DNA of 64,000 bases, taken from assembly GCF_009914755.1 (NCBI RefSeq), contig NC_060927.1; one strand, 5' to 3'. A program made the translations under genes and the position numbers. The notes below the pieces were generated by a model, which saw only the letters and a program-made list of their open reading frames with translations, did no database searches and had not been told where the DNA came from. This stretch comes from the human T2T-CHM13v2.0 reference genome, Homo sapiens. Positions 60,302-64,000 of this stretch are shown here, in pieces (position 1 is the first letter of the stretch; every line of letters starts with the position of its first letter).

Positions 60302-62949
60302 CTTCGTGGATTTATTTACCTTTGGTCTTTGCTGCTGGTGACCTTCAGATGGAGTTTTTGCATTGTTGTCCTTTTTGTTAATGTTGATGCTATTGCTTTC
60401 TGTTTGTTAGTTTTCCTTCTAATAGTCAGACCCCTCTTCTGCAGGTCTGCTGGAGTTTGCTGGGCATCCACTCCAGACTCTGTTTGCCAAGTTATCACCA
60501 GTGGAGGCTGCGGAACAGCAAAGATTGCTGCCTGCTTCTTCCTCTGGAAGCTTCGTCCCAGAGGGGCACCCGCCAGATGCCAGCCAGAGCTCTCCTGTAT
60601 GAGGTGTCTCTCGACCCTTGCTGGGAGGTGTTTCCCCATCAGGAGGCACGGGGGTCAGGGACTCACTTGAGGAGGCAGTCTGTCCCTTAGCAGAGCTGGA
60701 GCGCTGTGCTGGGAGATCTGCTGCTCTCTTCAGAGCCAGCAGGCAGGAACATTTAAGTCTGCTGAAGCTGTGCCCACAGCTGCCCCTTCCCCTAGGTGCT
60801 CTGTCCCAGGGAGATCGGAGTTTTATCTATAACCCCCTGACTGGGACTGCTGCCTTTCTTTCAGAGATGCCCTGCCCAGAGATCCAGGATTTCTTTTATA
60901 GAGTAATGAAAATGTTTTAAAATTGACTGTGGTGGTAGATGTGTAACTGCATGAATATATTAAAATCATTTGACTGAAAAAAAAACTTTCCCCTGACTCC
61001 ATTGATGGGCAGTTCCTCAATGGTTCTGGAATCCTGGGCCCCTGCTTTTTCTTCTCTAATCTGTAACTCCAGCATAGATCACTGTTGTTATGGGCTAAGG
61101 CATGGGAAGAGGTCATAGTTAATTTATTATTCTCCATGATGACCCCTCCACTGATTCCTGGTGGCTAACATAAACCACCTTTTCTTAACCGCTCCTAAAA
61201 CAAGTTTGATAAGCTCATAATTTAGGCAGCATTTATGACCACAGCTAGATCTTCCCGGGGCTAATCATTGTCTCCCATAGGTAATTATTTTAGGCTACTG
61301 ATCATTTGTCTCACTAATCTCTCTATTTGTTCCTGCAGCTAATAGCAGATCCCCAAATACCCTCTGTAATTTTCTTACAAGCAGAATTCCAATTCCCCAT
61401 TAAGAAATCCTGCTTTAAAGTGTAATTAAAGATCATCTAAGAAAAACAGGGCCAATTTTGAACACCCCACAAGCAATTTTTTTCCTCTGCCAGAAGGAAG
61501 GGTGTGTAGAGGGAATTAAAAATCACTTTAAAAATTATAAACAGGTTTAATACGACCATTCTAATCAACAGTCTTGTTATCAAGTAATATATCTAAAATT
61601 AAGATAATGGATTTTAAAGGAATAGACTGTAAAAATCGTCTACTATTCAACAGGCATATCAACCAAGCAATTTAATTCTGTTTATAACTACAGCCCTATA
61701 CTCTTTTTAAAAGGGCAATGAAAGCAAAACTTGGTTTCTGAGCCCCTGTTGAATTAGCATTGATTTTGTTTTACTGCCAAGCTAAGGAAATATCAACATT
61801 AAGGAGTTCTTTAACCCTATTTAGAGTATGCACACTTACACTGAATTTAGTCCACAGGTTGTTTATCTTGCTATTTACAATGAACCAAAAAAATCAATCC
61901 CCGGCATAGAAGTTTTATGCATGGCTGTAGAAGAAAGCATGGCTACCTGAGAAATTGTTAGAAAGCAGCAATGCATTAGCAGCACTACGTTATTAAGTAG
62001 GACACAAAGGGTTTGTGCTATTCAGATATAAATCCACTGAAGTGTGATCCAATGTTAATTGCTAACAATTGTCTGCATTTGAGCCATTACAGAAAGGAAA
62101 GGCTCATTTAAAGAAACAGTGACATGTGCCAAAGCTATTTTCTCAATGGTTCTCATGTTTGTAAATATTTAAGGTTGTGTGGAGGTAAAAACATGCAAAT
62201 ATGAAAGATATGGACTATTCCATTATAATAAATGTTCAACAGTAAAATACAGGTTTCTGTCTTTTTTTAAGTCAGTTCAAAGGAGAGATAAAAGCAATCA
62301 ACTTTGAAACATAAAAATTCCAAAAGCTATGACAAAATATAGCACACCGTTGACGGAGGTGTTGAAATCAGTCCTGGAAGTCAGCAAATGGAGCTAAGTC
62401 TAACTGATATCTGCAAATATGTCTTGCATCAGGTTTATTACAAATGTGATAACACTGTTGAACTTTCCTACTTTGCAAGAATCTGATCTTTTTCAGATCA
62501 GATTATGTGAATCTAAAATTGATTGAAAGGACAGCTATTAGACTTGTGTGAAAAGGCCTTTTTTATAATAGAAATGTACTAGCCATTTTGAAATTTAATC
62601 ATAATTCTTCAGATCTTTCTGCCCCTAGAAATAATTTCTTTTAAATTGTAACTTTAAATGAATTCTTCATATTCTTTTTTTAACATACTTAGGATACATT
62701 GGACATCTCAGGAGACTTTTTCATAAATAAGAACAAGAGAATTAGAGAGTGGAAACAATTATATGATCAAAATAAATCAAAGCACTCTCAGCACTTAAAG
62801 GGTTTATTTCCAGAGCCTGTCTAGGTATCCCAAGAATACTGGTGCATGAAAAAACCACTAACCTATCCACCGACTTCTCACTCGAATATTGAAACTTGTT
62901 CTTGTAGTTATATTGTTCTTGTTCTATATCAGAAGGGGCAGGGGAGCTA

Positions 62950-63100
62950 GAATGTATTGTACTTTTACCATGTGGCTAGCATTGTGCTAAGCACTTTCCA
63001 TACATTAATGTATTTAATGTTCACAATGGTCTTATGCATACTTCCATTCCATAGAAGAAATGGAGACTTACATGTAGAGAAACAGCTTTAGAGTAACTTC
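62950..63100 (-). mobile_element. MIR remnant
   Basis: ccatgtggctagcattgtgctaagcactttccatacattaatgtatttaatgttcacaat. Confidence 0.65.
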
Positions 63101-64000
63101 AGTTGGACCAAAAAGCTATAGATTTGCCTGTCAGATAGCAAAATCAATACAGACCCAGAAACATCAGATGTTAGAAAATCTTTCCTCACCAGCTGCAATA
63201 ATTCATTATTGCAATGAATGATTTCCAAGTTTCTTTAATTACATACCACTCTCAGAAAAATAGAAAAACTCTGGTGCACGCACCCACAATATGTACATAT
63301 TCATTTATTATAAATTATATACTGTTTAGAATATATTGCAGTCAATAGTTCGTATCTCAAAATACAATATCAACTTAGGGCAAGGTTCATCTTAGTGGCA
63401 TTGAAATATTAGGTATAAATCCAAACGACAAATAACCTTCCTGATAATTTTGAATATTTTTGGCTGAACTTCTTTTCAGAGAAGGATGAACTCAACATTG
63501 ATTTTACCATGTGAAGTAGCTGCAGAAGAGTCCATCTGGCAAGAAGAAGGGTATCAGCTCTGCCGTTTTCTTGTGAGTTGCTTTGTTCTGCATTGTTAAT
63601 ACTATCTTCAAACCAAACCCATTACAGGAATCCTACCTATCTGTTGATTTCATGAGGGTTTTTCAAAGCTATTATTTAAAACAAGATAACATTCATAAAT
63701 ACATTTGACACCTAAAAAGCAGTACATCTAGAGACCAATGTGGGTCCCGGAACCATTCTCCATCCTCCCCTCAACATGGCACTGCCCTCTTCCCGTCCAT
63801 CTCTGGAGTTCCGTGAGGGCAACGCTGCCAATCCGTATCTTAGAAGTTGGTGAAGTTTCATTTCATTCTGACTTTTAAAATAAACATCCCAGCACCTCAA
63901 CTGGCTCACCTCCTGCAGTGTTGGGCCCTACTTTGGATTCCACTGCTCTAGCAAAGAGGGTTAGAAGTCAGCATAAATGCATAAACACTGCCTTCAATAC

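Larger units (their letters stand above)
55160..60882 (-). mobile_element. Near full-length L1PA (about L1PA7/8), 5'UTR truncated, inactive
   Basis: Poly-T, 3'UTR, ORF2, ORF1 and partial 5'UTR in order; TSD CAGGATTT(G/C)TTTT at 55151 and 60885. Confidence 0.96.

Noticed and set aside
55160-60882. Active L1
   Set aside because: Both ORFs are disrupted and the promoter is truncated.

Overview
This is primate genomic DNA, most likely hominoid or human given the AluY, L1PA and MADE1 content. It is AT-rich, CpG-depleted and intronic or intergenic. I could not identify any intact protein-coding gene, RNA gene or CRISPR array. The protein-like ORFs in the track are decayed transposon frames (L1 ORF1/ORF2, Tigger2 transposase); the rest are Alu, LTR or chance ORFs, many opened at GTG/TTG. 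Roughly half the window is interspersed repeat: a nested L1/Tigger2/Alu/LTR cluster at 1-9.5 kb, MaLR/ERVL solo LTRs, MADE1, MER47, MER102, about 11 Alu-family copies, a 2-kb L1PB and a 5.7-kb 5'-truncated L1PA inside an older L1M. Subfamily names come from recalled consensus sequences, not a RepeatMasker run, and most repeat boundaries are approximate. I found no convincing new biological system. The best leads are a perfect MADE1/miR-548-like hairpin, an Alu rewritten into a twin AP-1 palindrome, a CpG-retaining patch with a Kozak smORF and splice donor near 50.7 kb, a motif-dense enhancer-like block near 33.7 kb, and several speculative micro-exons.
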